Assembly: GCA_036376045.1 (NCBI GenBank)
Contig: DASVBB010000116.1
Span: 1,916 to 65,915 of the forward strand
Direction: 5' to 3'
DNA length: 64,000 nucleotides
DNA from: Nitrospira sp.
GTDB taxonomy: Bacteria; Nitrospirota; Nitrospiria; Nitrospirales; Nitrospiraceae
A program made the translations under genes and the position numbers. This document shows, piece by piece, positions 9,760-19,613 of the stretch; the first letter of the stretch is position 1, and every line of letters begins with the position of its first letter. The notes below the pieces were generated by a model. It made no database searches, was not told the origin of the DNA, and saw only the letters and a program-made list of their open reading frames with translations.

Positions 9760-10545
9760 TCAATCGATGCGGGCCGGGTTGGGGACGTCCTTGAACAGTA
9801 AGTTGACCATGTCCCTTCCGCAATTCAGCCGTTCGGGCAGCGTCGTTGCGACCAGGAAATGGGAGGCGAGTTCGCCCAGCGCCGCGTCGCGGGAGGCAAT
9901 GAATCGAGGCACGTCGATCGGCGCGGTCAGCCAGAGCCCGCGGAGGCGAAAGAACGCATTGGTGAAATCTTCAAAGAAGTTCATCAGGAGAAACTGCGCC
10001 GTCGCCGGCTTGTCCGCCATGTCCTGCGCCTTGCCGAGCCAATGAAAGCACTCGGCCTTCAACCGGATTTGTTCGTTCATGTTCGCAGACGGAGGCCCTT
10101 GTCGGAACCGGTGGCTGGCCCGCTCGATCAGCTTGGCGCCGATTGCATCATGGTCATGGAGGATGCGGGCCTTTCTCAGAAGCGAGGGCAGCCGGGCCGA
10201 ATAGGCCAGCTCTTCTTCCACTTCCTTGTGGCCCCAATACCGGATGTCAGCCGTGCGATCAGCGACGCGGACGATTTCATGACTGTCGGCCTGACCTTTC
10301 ACGAGCACCACGAGATCGATGTCGCTGTGGGCCGTGACCGCTCGCCGGGCTCCGGAGCCCACCAACAGCACACTGACGAGGTCGCCGCCGCGGCGTCCCC
10401 TGGCATGCCGCAGCGCAAGGCCGACGACTTCTTCGTACGCCGGTTCATTCGGCGGTTCCGGCGGTTCGAGTGGTTCCGGCACGGGCACGAGTTCTGACTG
10501 CAACTCATCTTTGGTCGGGAGGGTATGGGTTCCTTCGGCATCCAT
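9760..10545 (-). CDS. nucleotidyltransferase domain protein with helical C-terminal domain
   Basis: Pol-beta-type NTase motif LLVGSGARRAVTAHSDIDLVVLV (GS...DxD), preceded by a Pro/Glu-rich segment (PVPEPLEPPEPPNEPAYEE). Start set at ATG 10545, 2 nt after the stop of the upstream small ORF. The ORF track start 10596 overlaps that ORF. Confidence 0.7.
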   Translation of the reverse strand: MDAEGTHTLPTKDELQSELVPVPEPLEPPEPPNEPAYEEVVGLALRHARGRRGGDLVSVLLVGSGARRAVTAHSDIDLVVLVKGQADSHEIVRVADRTADIRYWGHKEVEEELAYSARLPSLLRKARILHDHDAIGAKLIERASHRFRQGPPSANMNEQIRLKAECFHWLGKAQDMADKPATAQFLLMNFFEDFTNAFFRLRGLWLTAPIDVPRFIASRDAALGELASHFLVATTLPERLNCGRDMVNLLFKDVPNPARID

Positions 10546-10547
10546 GC

Positions 10548-10769
10548 TCAGGTTCCTTGCGCCGACCGAATCTGCGTGGGGAGCGACCCCAGCCATTCGT
10601 CGAAGGGGCGGTCAGCGTCGACGATAATTTCCAATTTTCCGTTCGGAAGCCGCCGGACCAACCCCGGTCGCTCCGGTGACAACGGGATCTCCACCCATTC
10701 GCGGTTGAGCCCGAGCGAGTCGGTCAGTTCCAAGATACGGTTGATCTGCGCGAACGAAACGACATCCAT
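10548..10769 (-). CDS. small hypothetical protein (73 aa) coupled to the nucleotidyltransferase
   Basis: Ordinary composition (MDVVSFAQINRILELTDSLGLNREWVEIPLSPERPGLVRRLPNGKLEIIVDADRPFDEW...). Its stop lies 2 nt before the downstream ATG. No family recognised. Confidence 0.5.
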   Translation of the reverse strand: MDVVSFAQINRILELTDSLGLNREWVEIPLSPERPGLVRRLPNGKLEIIVDADRPFDEWLGSLPTQIRSAQGT

Positions 10770-10854
10770 CCGTTTGCCTGCTACCGTGCCGGCATTCTAG
10801 CAGGATGTTCGAAAAGTCTGCCAGCGGAGAAACATGAGAGGAAGCGAACTGGTG

Positions 10855-11889
10855 TCAGCGCAAGACCCGGCCAAAGATTTCCGCCGCGAGATCGATCTGC
10901 TTGATGGACACGTCGAGGTGCGTGACGGCTCGGAAACTGGTGCCGCCAACGGCGTTGATCAAGACCCCTTCCTGTTTCAACGCAGCGACGATGGCGGAAG
11001 GCGGAAGCCGACTGCCGACCACGTCGAACATCACAATGTTGCTGTCGACGTGCTGCGGGTTGATCGAGATCGCTGGAAGCTGCTGCAGCTTTCGGGCGAG
11101 CCGCTTGGCATTGTCGTGGTCATCCTTGAGACGGCTGACATGGTGCTCCAAGGCGTAAATGCCTGCAGCGGCCAGTACGCCCGCCTGCCGCATGGCCCCG
11201 CCGTACATCCGGCGGAAACGTCTGGCCCGGTCCATCATTCCAGGATCATTGGTGGTGAGCAGGGACCCGGCGGGTGCCCCCAGTCCCTTGGACAGACACA
11301 CCGACACGGTTTCGAAGTGCTGTGCATAGGCGGCGGGCGGCAGCGTCGTGGCGGCCACGGCATTGAAGAGTCTTGCACCGTCCAGATGCATCGGCACGCC
11401 TTGCGAAGAAGCCACGGCCTTGATCCGTTCGATGGTCGACAGCGGATAGATCGTCCCGCCTCCGGCGTTGTGGGTATTCTCGAGACAGATGAGCGCCGTT
11501 TGAATGCTGTGGGGATCTTTCGGCCGGATCGCAGCCTCCACTTGTTCCGGTTGCATGATGCCGCGGTCGCCGGTCACCCAGTGCAGCTGTACGCCGGCCA
11601 GCGCTCCTGCCGCACCCTGTTCGTAGCGGACGATATGCGCTTTGCTCTCGGCAATGACTTCCTGTCCCGGCTGGGTGTGAATCCGGATCGCCAACTGATT
11701 GGCCATCGTGCCCGAGGGCACAAAAAGGGCCGCCTTCTTCCCGAGGAGACCGGCAACCATCTCCTGGAGTCGGTTGACCGTCGGGTCTTCTCCATAGACA
11801 TCGTCGCCGACGTCGGCGCGTGCCATCGCCTCCCGCATGCCCTCCGTGGGCTTCGTGACCGTGTCGCTGCGCAAATCGATGATCCGCAT
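10855..11889 (-). CDS. ltaE: low-specificity L-threonine aldolase
   Basis: Trimmed to ATG 11889, giving [23 protein letters not shown]..., the canonical threonine aldolase N-terminus. PLP-fold body continues with [16 protein letters not shown] and [10 protein letters not shown]. Confidence 0.88.
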   Translation of the reverse strand: MRIIDLRSDTVTKPTEGMREAMARADVGDDVYGEDPTVNRLQEMVAGLLGKKAALFVPSGTMANQLAIRIHTQPGQEVIAESKAHIVRYEQGAAGALAGVQLHWVTGDRGIMQPEQVEAAIRPKDPHSIQTALICLENTHNAGGGTIYPLSTIERIKAVASSQGVPMHLDGARLFNAVAATTLPPAAYAQHFETVSVCLSKGLGAPAGSLLTTNDPGMMDRARRFRRMYGGAMRQAGVLAAAGIYALEHHVSRLKDDHDNAKRLARKLQQLPAISINPQHVDSNIVMFDVVGSRLPPSAIVAALKQEGVLINAVGGTSFRAVTHLDVSIKQIDLAAEIFGRVLR

Positions 11890-12107
11890 CTTGGTGCCAT
11901 ACCATAGCGAGGTGGCTTGAAAAAGTCCAAGTTGGGTGAAGCGCACGTCTCGGCGTGCGCAGGGCTGGGCGGGTGAGTTGGGTCACGCGCACGTCGTTAT
12001 GGTTGGGCCTGTCTTGGCGCGCCGGGTGGGTGGGTGAGAACGATGCGCAGGGCAGGCTGCAAGTTTTTGCTTGCGAAGGGAGGCGAGGCCGGTCAGGATG
12101 CCGCCCC

Positions 12108-13391
12108 ATGACGGGCCCCCAAACGACGCTCCGGGCGCTCACCGGCGCCGACTCCGAAGAAGTGCGGCCTCTGTGCTGGTCCTTCCTCTATTTTTTTTGT
12201 CTGCTCTGCGGGTACTACATTCTCCGTCCCGTTCGCGATGAAATGGCAATTGAGGGCGGGGTGCAGCATCTCCCCTGGATGATGACGGCGACGTTCCTCA
12301 CGTTGCTCGTCGCAACGCCGTTGTTCGGGTATGTGTCCGCCCGGGTCGCCCGCGACAGGTTGTTGCTGGCGGTATATGCATTCTTCGCGAGCCACCTCGT
12401 CGGATTTTTCCTCCTGATGTCCGGCCATGTTGCGCCGCAATGGATCGCTCGCGCCTTTTTCGTCTGGCTTTCGGTGTACAACCTGTTCGTCGTTTCCGTC
12501 TTTTGGAGTTTCATGGCCGATATTTTCAGGCCGGAGCAGGGGGCGAGGCTGTTCAGCATCATTGCCGCCGGTGGCAGCACGGGCGCGATGGTGGGACCGT
12601 TGTTGACCACCGGCTTGACGTACCTGGTGCCGGTTCCCGCGTTGATGCTGGTGTCCGCGGGACTGCTCGGGGCATGCTGGTTCTGTATTCGGGCCCTCGA
12701 CCGTTGGTCGAATCAACACGCCCGGCCTTCGTTCGAGCGGACAGGCGACGCCATCGGCGGCAGCATGTGGGCCGGCATGCGGTTGTCGGTGTCTTCACCA
12801 TATTTGTTGGGCATCTGCGCCTACCTGTTTTTTCTGACGACCACGGCCACCTTTCTCTACCTCGAGCAGACCCGGCTCGTCGGCGAGCAGTTCGGGTCGG
12901 CACAAGCTCGCACGCGACTGTTCGCCGTGGTGGATCTTGCCGTGAACATCATGACGTTTTTAATGCAGCTGTTCATGACCGGACCGATGATCAGCCGGTT
13001 CGGGTTCGCTTCGGCGTTGATCCTTCTTCCCGCGGCCAGCATCTTTGGCTTTGCGATGATCGGACTGATGCCGGTGCTGTTGACGTTCATTTTGTTTACG
13101 ATCGTGCGGCGCGTCAGCGAGTATGCCGTGGCCAAACCGGCGCGGGAGGTGCTCTTCACGGTGGTTGGACGGGAAGAAAAATACAAGGCCAAGAACTTCA
13201 TCGACACGGCGGTTTCGCGCGGCGGCGATGCGGCAACAGGATGGATCGTCAACGGGGTGAAGGCCATGGGAATCAGCGCGACGCAGATCGCCTGGGCGTT
13301 GATTCCACTGGCGTGCGTCTGGGCCTGGCTCGGTTGGCTGCTCGCCCGACAAGAGGAACGCAAGCGGCTGAGCGGAATCCCGCCGGGATGA
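12108..13391 (+). CDS. polytopic transporter, ATP/ADP-translocase-like (TLC) / MFS-type
   Basis: About 12 hydrophobic segments. YYILRPVRDEM near the N-terminus resembles the LRxxKD motif of TLC-like carriers. Start chosen at ATG 12108, since the upstream in-frame part is Arg/Gly/Trp-rich. Confidence 0.65.
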   Translation: MTGPQTTLRALTGADSEEVRPLCWSFLYFFCLLCGYYILRPVRDEMAIEGGVQHLPWMMTATFLTLLVATPLFGYVSARVARDRLLLAVYAFFASHLVGFFLLMSGHVAPQWIARAFFVWLSVYNLFVVSVFWSFMADIFRPEQGARLFSIIAAGGSTGAMVGPLLTTGLTYLVPVPALMLVSAGLLGACWFCIRALDRWSNQHARPSFERTGDAIGGSMWAGMRLSVSSPYLLGICAYLFFLTTTATFLYLEQTRLVGEQFGSAQARTRLFAVVDLAVNIMTFLMQLFMTGPMISRFGFASALILLPAASIFGFAMIGLMPVLLTFILFTIVRRVSEYAVAKPAREVLFTVVGREEKYKAKNFIDTAVSRGGDAATGWIVNGVKAMGISATQIAWALIPLACVWAWLGWLLARQEERKRLSGIPPG

Positions 13392-13459
13392 GCAGTTTAC
13401 TGGCCGAAAAATGTCGTGCTATAGTCCGGCAGGAATTTTCTGAACAATTGAGGTTATGA

Positions 13460-14824
13460 ATGCCTGAAGTTCCAGTTAAGCTTTACCTCGACAAGATACT
13501 GAAAACATGTCGAAACACTGCGTCTGTCCTTGCTGGGATCCCGGGACCGGTAAAGGACAGAGCGCTACGGGCAATGGCCGACCGGCTTTCGAGTGACGAA
13601 GCGGCGATTCTCTCGGCGAACGAGAAAGACGTCGATGCGCTCGCCAAGTCCTTCGGAAGCGACCTCAACAAGGACCGCCTTAAGGCTGCCGTTGCTCGCG
13701 TGCGAATGGTGGCCGAGGACGTCAAAGAAATGGCGGAGCGTCTCAGGATCATCGCCGACCAACCGGATCCAGTCGGAGCCGTGACGGGGAGGTGGGAGCG
13801 CCCCGATGGCCTCCAGGTTTCCCGCGTGCGCGTGCCGATCGGCGTCATCGGAATTATTTCAGAACTGAATCCGCTGGTCACGGTGGAGTCGATCGCCCTC
13901 TGCCTCAAATCTGGCAATCTCAGCGTGTTCCGTGGAGCACCGGATTGGGTGCAGACACACGAAGTCATCGGAAGAGGGCTGCGTGAAGCGGCGCAGCAGA
14001 ACGGCATTCCCGATGGAGCCTGGGTGTTGATCGATCGTCCGGAAAAAGAGGTGGCGGTCGAGTTGATCAGAGCGGGCAAGGCGCTGGATGCGATCATTCC
14101 ACGCGGCGGTGCTGGGCTGCGCAAGGCCGTGCTCGACGGAGCCAGAATGCCTGTGATCTGTCACGACGGCGGTCTCACGCATTTGTATGTCGATGCAGAC
14201 GTCGATTTGCCGCTTGTGCAGAACGTCGTCATCAATTCAAAAGTGCAGTTGCCGGCAGCGACCAATGCGCTCGACACGCTCCTGGTGCAACAGGGGATTG
14301 CCAGGCAATTTCTGCCCGCCTTGATCAATCGGCTTCTCGTCGAGTTCAAAGTCGACGTGCGTGGCTGTCCGAAAACGCTGTCGCTCATGGGACAAATGCC
14401 GATCAGCGGCCACACTTCCATTATTCCAGCGACCGACGAAGACTGGAACCGGCAATTTCAGGCGCCTTCCCTCGCGGTCAAGATGGTGGTGGATATGGAC
14501 GAAGCGTTGACGCACATCGCGGAACACGGGCCCTGCATCACCGCCGTCATCGCGACGTCCAACTATTCGTCCGCCATGCGTTTCACGCGCGAGGTCGACG
14601 CGAGTGCCGTGATCGTCAACGCCTCGTCCCGTCTTCACGATGCGGAAGGATTTGGATTCGGCAGCGACATCGGATTGAGCAGCGCCCGGCTCCACGCGAA
14701 GGGTCCGATCGGATTGGAGCAGCTGACCTGCGAAAAATATGTCGTCTTCGGAAACGGCCAATTGCGGTTGCCGCATCCGGTGCCTGAGACGTATTTTGAT
14801 GCCATCATGCTCAAACGGCCATAG
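13460..14824 (+). CDS. proA: glutamate-5-semialdehyde dehydrogenase (ProA)-like protein, atypical active site
   Basis: 454 aa. ProA-like blocks VPIGVIGII, IPRGGAGL and the C-terminal NASSRLHDAEGFGFGSDIGLSSARLHAKGPIGLEQLT. The expected catalytic Cys position reads Thr (PAATNALDTLLV, codon 14261-14263). See findings. Confidence 0.75.
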   Translation: MPEVPVKLYLDKILKTCRNTASVLAGIPGPVKDRALRAMADRLSSDEAAILSANEKDVDALAKSFGSDLNKDRLKAAVARVRMVAEDVKEMAERLRIIADQPDPVGAVTGRWERPDGLQVSRVRVPIGVIGIISELNPLVTVESIALCLKSGNLSVFRGAPDWVQTHEVIGRGLREAAQQNGIPDGAWVLIDRPEKEVAVELIRAGKALDAIIPRGGAGLRKAVLDGARMPVICHDGGLTHLYVDADVDLPLVQNVVINSKVQLPAATNALDTLLVQQGIARQFLPALINRLLVEFKVDVRGCPKTLSLMGQMPISGHTSIIPATDEDWNRQFQAPSLAVKMVVDMDEALTHIAEHGPCITAVIATSNYSSAMRFTREVDASAVIVNASSRLHDAEGFGFGSDIGLSSARLHAKGPIGLEQLTCEKYVVFGNGQLRLPHPVPETYFDAIMLKRP

Positions 14825-14975
14825 CTGCCGCTGAAGACGCTCCTCCGCTTCGTCCTCAGTCGCTCGAATCACTTCAACGCGCGAAATCACGCATGCGCGG
14901 TCAGGGAGCCGGCGCGACGGTCGTGGTGCCGGCGGCCTGTTCTTCGATGCCAGCGGTGTACGGAAGAGGAGACAC

Positions 14976-16157
14976 GTGGGCGAGCTGTCGGATAGCCTTG
15001 AATCCCATCTTCGTGACTGGGGGCTTCAGCGCTTTACCAGCGACGACGCCTATTTTCAGTGGCAGCGCCAAGTGTTGTCCGCCGATGACATTGCGGCTCT
15101 GCATGCCCATGTGGAGCGAAAGCGTCACGGTACTTCCGAGGAGGAAATGGCGTTCTACGATCTCTCGGCCACTCCTCGCATCCTGCCTGTTCTCTACAGC
15201 CAGCGGTTCGATTACTATCGGGCCATTGGACCGCTTGTGGCCGCATGCCTCACCGACGCCGCCAGGATTCTCGATTTCGGCTGCGGGCCGGGGATTCTCA
15301 CGACCTTTTACGCTCGCCGTTACCCTCGTGCCCTCGTGACCGGGGTCGATCGTTCGCGGGCTTCCATAGCCGAGGGCCGGCGGAACGCCGAAGCCCTCCA
15401 TTTGAAGAATGTGCAGCTCGAATGTGCGGATCTGGACACGGGCTTCTGCAAGGACACCTATGACTGTATTGTGGCCACCCATGCACTGGTTCAATCCGAG
15501 CAGGATCCCGGTCTTCCAAGCCGGAATTGGAAGACCTTCGAACGGGCGCAGGATGCCTCCCGGCAATCAGCCTTCGAGCAACGCACAGGTCTCGGGTTGC
15601 GGCTCGACCGTCTCATGGCGGCCCTGACTCCCGGAGGACGGCTCATTGTGTTCGAAAAAACCAGGCAGCTGGCACGACGGATTCCGCTGCAGCGGGCGTT
15701 GGCGATGCGCGGCCTGCGCTTGTGCGAGGAGCCCATGCCAGTCCGCTATTCATTGGTCGAAGAGGTGTCCGACGACGGCCCTTTTTTTGTCTTGAGACGG
15801 GGGGAAGCCGCGCCTGACATCGCTTGGGATGAACAGCCGGAGCCAGATGCAGGCTGCCCGTTCGACCCGGCACAGGTGCAGGCCGGACCGTCGTCCCCGG
15901 ACGCTCCTCTCTACGAAAACCATTGGCCGTCGGCGCAGCGGGCATGGGAGCAGCTCAACGACAAGACCGTCATTCGAGAAGATACGGCCGAAGAATCAGA
16001 CGGCCGGCAGCTACATGTCGAACTGGGAACCGCGGAAGGGTTGCGCTATCTCTATTGCGCCAACACGTTCGATCAACGGCAGCTCGTGATCGTGGAGCCG
16101 GCCCGCGCGGGGATGCTCCATACCTATTATCAGGAAATCATTCAAGGCAGCGCATAG
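14976..16157 (+). CDS. class I SAM-dependent methyltransferase with ~170-aa C-terminal extension
   Basis: GTG start preceded by GGAAGAGGAG. Motif I ILDFGCGPGILT. The C-terminal part has no recognisable domain. Confidence 0.75.
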   Translation: MGELSDSLESHLRDWGLQRFTSDDAYFQWQRQVLSADDIAALHAHVERKRHGTSEEEMAFYDLSATPRILPVLYSQRFDYYRAIGPLVAACLTDAARILDFGCGPGILTTFYARRYPRALVTGVDRSRASIAEGRRNAEALHLKNVQLECADLDTGFCKDTYDCIVATHALVQSEQDPGLPSRNWKTFERAQDASRQSAFEQRTGLGLRLDRLMAALTPGGRLIVFEKTRQLARRIPLQRALAMRGLRLCEEPMPVRYSLVEEVSDDGPFFVLRRGEAAPDIAWDEQPEPDAGCPFDPAQVQAGPSSPDAPLYENHWPSAQRAWEQLNDKTVIREDTAEESDGRQLHVELGTAEGLRYLYCANTFDQRQLVIVEPARAGMLHTYYQEIIQGSA

Positions 16158-16180
16158 ACGATGCCCGATCGGAACACACG

Positions 16181-17383
16181 ATGCCAACGTCCCTAGAGGC
16201 GCTCCTCATCATATTTTCCGCACTGACGATTCTCAGCATTCTCACGATCAAACTGTCCGTTCGTTTCGGGATTCCATCGCTTGTGCTCTTTCTCGTCATC
16301 GGCATGCTGGCCGGTTCAGACGGACTTGGTGGACTGTATTTCGACAATCCTGCACTCGTGCAATCGCTCGGAGTGATTGCGCTCGTCTTCATTCTGTTTT
16401 CCGGCGGACTGGATACGGAGTGGGAGGGCGTGCGGCCGGTGATCTGGAGCGGGCTATCGCTGTCTACGGTCGGCGTCATTCTCACGGCTGTTACCGTCGG
16501 ATGGTTTGTTTCTGTCGTGCAAGGGTTGTCGTTTCTTGAGGGACTTCTGTTGGGAGCCATCGTCTCCTCGACAGATGCCGCTGCAGTGTTCATGGTGCTC
16601 CGGGCCAGAAACGCGAAGATTCCCAAGAAACTGGCCAATTTGCTCGAATTGGAATCCGGCAGCAATGATCCGATGGGGGTCGTGCTCACGATTGCGATCA
16701 TCCAATTGTTGACCAATCCTGCCACCTCATTTGTCGAGTTGGTGGGATTCTTCCTCATTCAGATGACGGTTGGTGCGGTGGTCGGCATTGCAATGGGCGA
16801 GCTGATCCGTTGGACGCTCAATAGGCTGAAGCTTGAATTGACCGGCATCTACCCGGTGTTGTCGGTGGCCTTCGCGCTACTGACCTACGGCCTCACTGCC
16901 GAATTGAAGGGCAGCGGCTTCCTCGCAGTCTATCTGGCAGGACTCTTCTTGAGACGACGCCCGATTGCCCACAGGCGAAGCCTCGTGCAGTTTCACGACG
17001 GGCTGGCCTGGCTGATGCAGATCGCGATGTTTTTGATTCTTGGACTTCAAGTATTTCCCGCACGGCTGCTGCCCATCGCGGGCATCGGCCTGGTAGTGGC
17101 GTTGTTCTTGATATTCGTCGCCCGACCGCTGAGCGTACACGTTGCGCTCGTGTTCTCGACCCTATCGTTTCGGGAGCAAATGCTCGTCGCATGGGTCGGA
17201 TTGCGCGGGGCCGTCCCGATTGTCCTCGCAACCTTTCCCATGTTGGCCGGCATTCGGCACGCCGACACGATTTTCCATCTCGTGTTTTTCATAGCGCTCA
17301 CCTCGGTGCTGCTCCAGGGTCCGCCGATTCCCTGGATCGCGCGAAGGCTTCAGCTCGATCGGTCATCACCCAACAATAGTTGA
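16181..17383 (+). CDS. K+/H+ (cation:proton) antiporter, NhaP2/CvrA-type CPA1 membrane domain only
   Basis: Trimmed to ATG 16181 (MPTSLEALLIIFSALTIL...). Motifs GMLAGSDGLGG, SSTDAAAV and ELESGSNDP. At 400 aa it lacks the C-terminal TrkA-C/RCK region that I recall for full-length CvrA-type proteins. Confidence 0.8.
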   Translation: MPTSLEALLIIFSALTILSILTIKLSVRFGIPSLVLFLVIGMLAGSDGLGGLYFDNPALVQSLGVIALVFILFSGGLDTEWEGVRPVIWSGLSLSTVGVILTAVTVGWFVSVVQGLSFLEGLLLGAIVSSTDAAAVFMVLRARNAKIPKKLANLLELESGSNDPMGVVLTIAIIQLLTNPATSFVELVGFFLIQMTVGAVVGIAMGELIRWTLNRLKLELTGIYPVLSVAFALLTYGLTAELKGSGFLAVYLAGLFLRRRPIAHRRSLVQFHDGLAWLMQIAMFLILGLQVFPARLLPIAGIGLVVALFLIFVARPLSVHVALVFSTLSFREQMLVAWVGLRGAVPIVLATFPMLAGIRHADTIFHLVFFIALTSVLLQGPPIPWIARRLQLDRSSPNNS

Positions 17384-17388
17384 CCGCC

Positions 17389-18165
17389 TTACGATGACTC
17401 TGCCTTTCCAAGGTGCTTGAAGAACGGCGCGATCGTATCGATCGGAATGGGAAATATCGTCGTTGAATTCTTTTCGGCGGCGATCTCGACGAGCGTCTGG
17501 AGGTAGCGGAGCTGCAGGGCGGCCGGGTTCTGGCTAATGACGTGGGCGGCGTCGGCGAGCCGCTGCGACGCCTCATATTCCCCTTCCGCGTGGATGACCT
17601 TCGCCCGCCGCTCGCGTTCCGCTTCGGCTTGCCGTGCGATCGCCCGCTGCATTTCCTGGGGAAGGTCGACGTTCTTCACCTCAACGGCCGTGACCTTCAC
17701 GCCCCAGGGTTCGGTCTGCTGGTCAATGATCCGCTGCAAATCGGCGTTGATCTGTTCGCGCTTCGACAGGAGGTCGTCCAGCTGGCTCTGTCCGAGGACG
17801 CTGCGCAGGGTCGTCTGCGACATCATCGAGGTGGCATAGAGATAGTCCTCGACCTGGATGATGGCGCGTTCCTGGTCGACGACGCGGAAGTAGATCACCG
17901 CGTTGACCTTGACCGTCACGTTGTCCCTCGTAATCACGTCCTGCGGGGGAACGTCCATGGCCACCGTGCGCAAGCTGACGCGGACGAGCTTGTCGACGAA
18001 CGGAATGATGATGACGACGCCCGGTCCGTTGCCACCGACGAGGCCGCGGGCCAGCCGCCCCCAGCGAAAGATGACGGCGCGCTCGTATTCACGCAGGACA
18101 TTGAAGCCCATGAGGATCATCACCAGTCCCAGGAACAGCAGGGCAAACGGGCTCGCGAAATTCAT
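17389..18165 (-). CDS. SPFH/band-7 (stomatin-like) protein
   Basis: 258 aa. N-terminal TM, then [16 protein letters not shown]... and the Ala/Glu/Arg-rich helix [22 protein letters not shown] typical of prokaryotic stomatins. Its start overlaps the NfeD stop by 4 nt. Confidence 0.88.
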   Translation of the reverse strand: MNFASPFALLFLGLVMILMGFNVLREYERAVIFRWGRLARGLVGGNGPGVVIIIPFVDKLVRVSLRTVAMDVPPQDVITRDNVTVKVNAVIYFRVVDQERAIIQVEDYLYATSMMSQTTLRSVLGQSQLDDLLSKREQINADLQRIIDQQTEPWGVKVTAVEVKNVDLPQEMQRAIARQAEAERERRAKVIHAEGEYEASQRLADAAHVISQNPAALQLRYLQTLVEIAAEKNSTTIFPIPIDTIAPFFKHLGKAESS

Positions 18166-19505
18166 GCTCCGACCTCTTTCTTTTTGAGATAAGGTTTAAC
18201 GCGCAGCCGCAGGCCATCCACGGCGGTCACCTCGACTTCAGAGCCGGCCGCGACGGGCTGCTCACTCACCGCTTCCCACAGTTCTCCGCGCACGGCGAGT
18301 TGGCCGTCAGGCGCGAGGGCCGTTCTTGCGATGCCCACCAGACCCACCATCTCCTCGCGTCCGGTGGCCGGCCGGCGGCGGAGGGCGTTCATGCCCGTGC
18401 CGATGACCAACAGCGTAAAGGCTGAGGCGAGCGTCACGACCGGCAAGATCACCGCCCAGGAAATCTGGAAGAACTCGGCGTCGCTCTTGATCAGCATGAG
18501 CGACCCTATCAGCATCGAGATCACCCCTCCGATGGCCAGCAGGCCGTAACTGGTGACGCTGGCCTCCAGGATAAAAAAGACGATGCCCAACAGAAAGAGG
18601 AGCATCCCCGCGTAATTGACCGGCAGGGATTGGAACGCATAAAAAGCGAGAATCAGGCTGATCGCGCCGACAATGCCCGGGAGAATCGCTCCCGGACTAT
18701 AGAGTTCCGCAATAATGCCGATCGTGCCGATGGTCATGAGCAGGTAGGCGATGTTCGGATCGCTGATCGCCTTCAGCCATTCGAGACGCAGCCCCATCGG
18801 AAATTCTCGCAGGCCGGCACCGGCGGTTTTCAGCACAGCGGGGCCTGATGGCAGGTGGACCTGGCGGCCATCCACGTGCTTCAACAGCGCCGGCAGGTCG
18901 TCGGCGACCAGATCGATCACGTTCAACTTCAGCGCCTCGCGCTCCGTGACCGAGACACTTTTGCGCACCGCGTCCTCCGCCCACGTCGCATTGCGTCCGC
19001 GCTGCTGGGCGATGGACTTGATGTAGGCGACCGAATCGTTTTCGACCTTCTCCTTCATGGTGTGGTCCATCTCGCCGCCGCCCATATTGACCGGATGAGC
19101 GGCGCCGATGTTGGTACCGGGAGCCATGGCCGCCACATGCGCGGCCATTGTGATGAAGACGCCGGCGGAGGCGGCCCGCCCGCTGGAGGGCGACACATAG
19201 ACGATCACCGGAACCGTCGCGCCCGTGATGTCCTTGATGATGAGCCGCATCGAGCTGTCCAGGCCGCCAGGTGTATTGAGGGCGATCACCAGCGCTTGTG
19301 CGCCGTTACCCTCGGCCGTCGCCAGCGCATCGTGCAGGTACTCGGCGGAAACCGGATTGATCACTCCATCATAGGTGGCGACCGTCACGAACGGATCGGT
19401 CGCGGAGACGACCTGCACCGCACGGAGCAGTATGAACAAACAACCGAGGAGAAGAAGAAAGGACCAGGCGTGCCACGAATGCGGACGTCGACCGGAACTG
19501 GGCAT
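18162..19505 (-). CDS. NfeD family membrane-bound ClpP-class serine protease
   Basis: 447 aa. Signal/TM segment, a ClpP-like domain ([25 protein letters not shown]), several TM helices and a C-terminal OB-like NfeD domain. Classic NfeD-stomatin operon arrangement. Confidence 0.85.
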   Translation of the reverse strand: MPSSGRRPHSWHAWSFLLLLGCLFILLRAVQVVSATDPFVTVATYDGVINPVSAEYLHDALATAEGNGAQALVIALNTPGGLDSSMRLIIKDITGATVPVIVYVSPSSGRAASAGVFITMAAHVAAMAPGTNIGAAHPVNMGGGEMDHTMKEKVENDSVAYIKSIAQQRGRNATWAEDAVRKSVSVTEREALKLNVIDLVADDLPALLKHVDGRQVHLPSGPAVLKTAGAGLREFPMGLRLEWLKAISDPNIAYLLMTIGTIGIIAELYSPGAILPGIVGAISLILAFYAFQSLPVNYAGMLLFLLGIVFFILEASVTSYGLLAIGGVISMLIGSLMLIKSDAEFFQISWAVILPVVTLASAFTLLVIGTGMNALRRRPATGREEMVGLVGIARTALAPDGQLAVRGELWEAVSEQPVAAGSEVEVTAVDGLRLRVKPYLKKKEVGA

Positions 19506-19613
19506 CAGTCTCCCTCCCGCCAGGCAAGGGCCATGAAGACGGAATAGGCGAATGGAGCATACGGGCCGGCTTCTATGCTGTCAAGGAAGGGAAGGGGTGT
19601 GGGTTGCGGCCGC

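Noticed and set aside
10834-12142. 357-aa + ORF and 298-aa - ORF overlapping the threonine aldolase gene
   Set aside because: Both are Arg/Gly/His/Pro-rich shadow frames. The ltaE frame has the canonical [11 protein letters not shown]-terminus and PLP-fold body.
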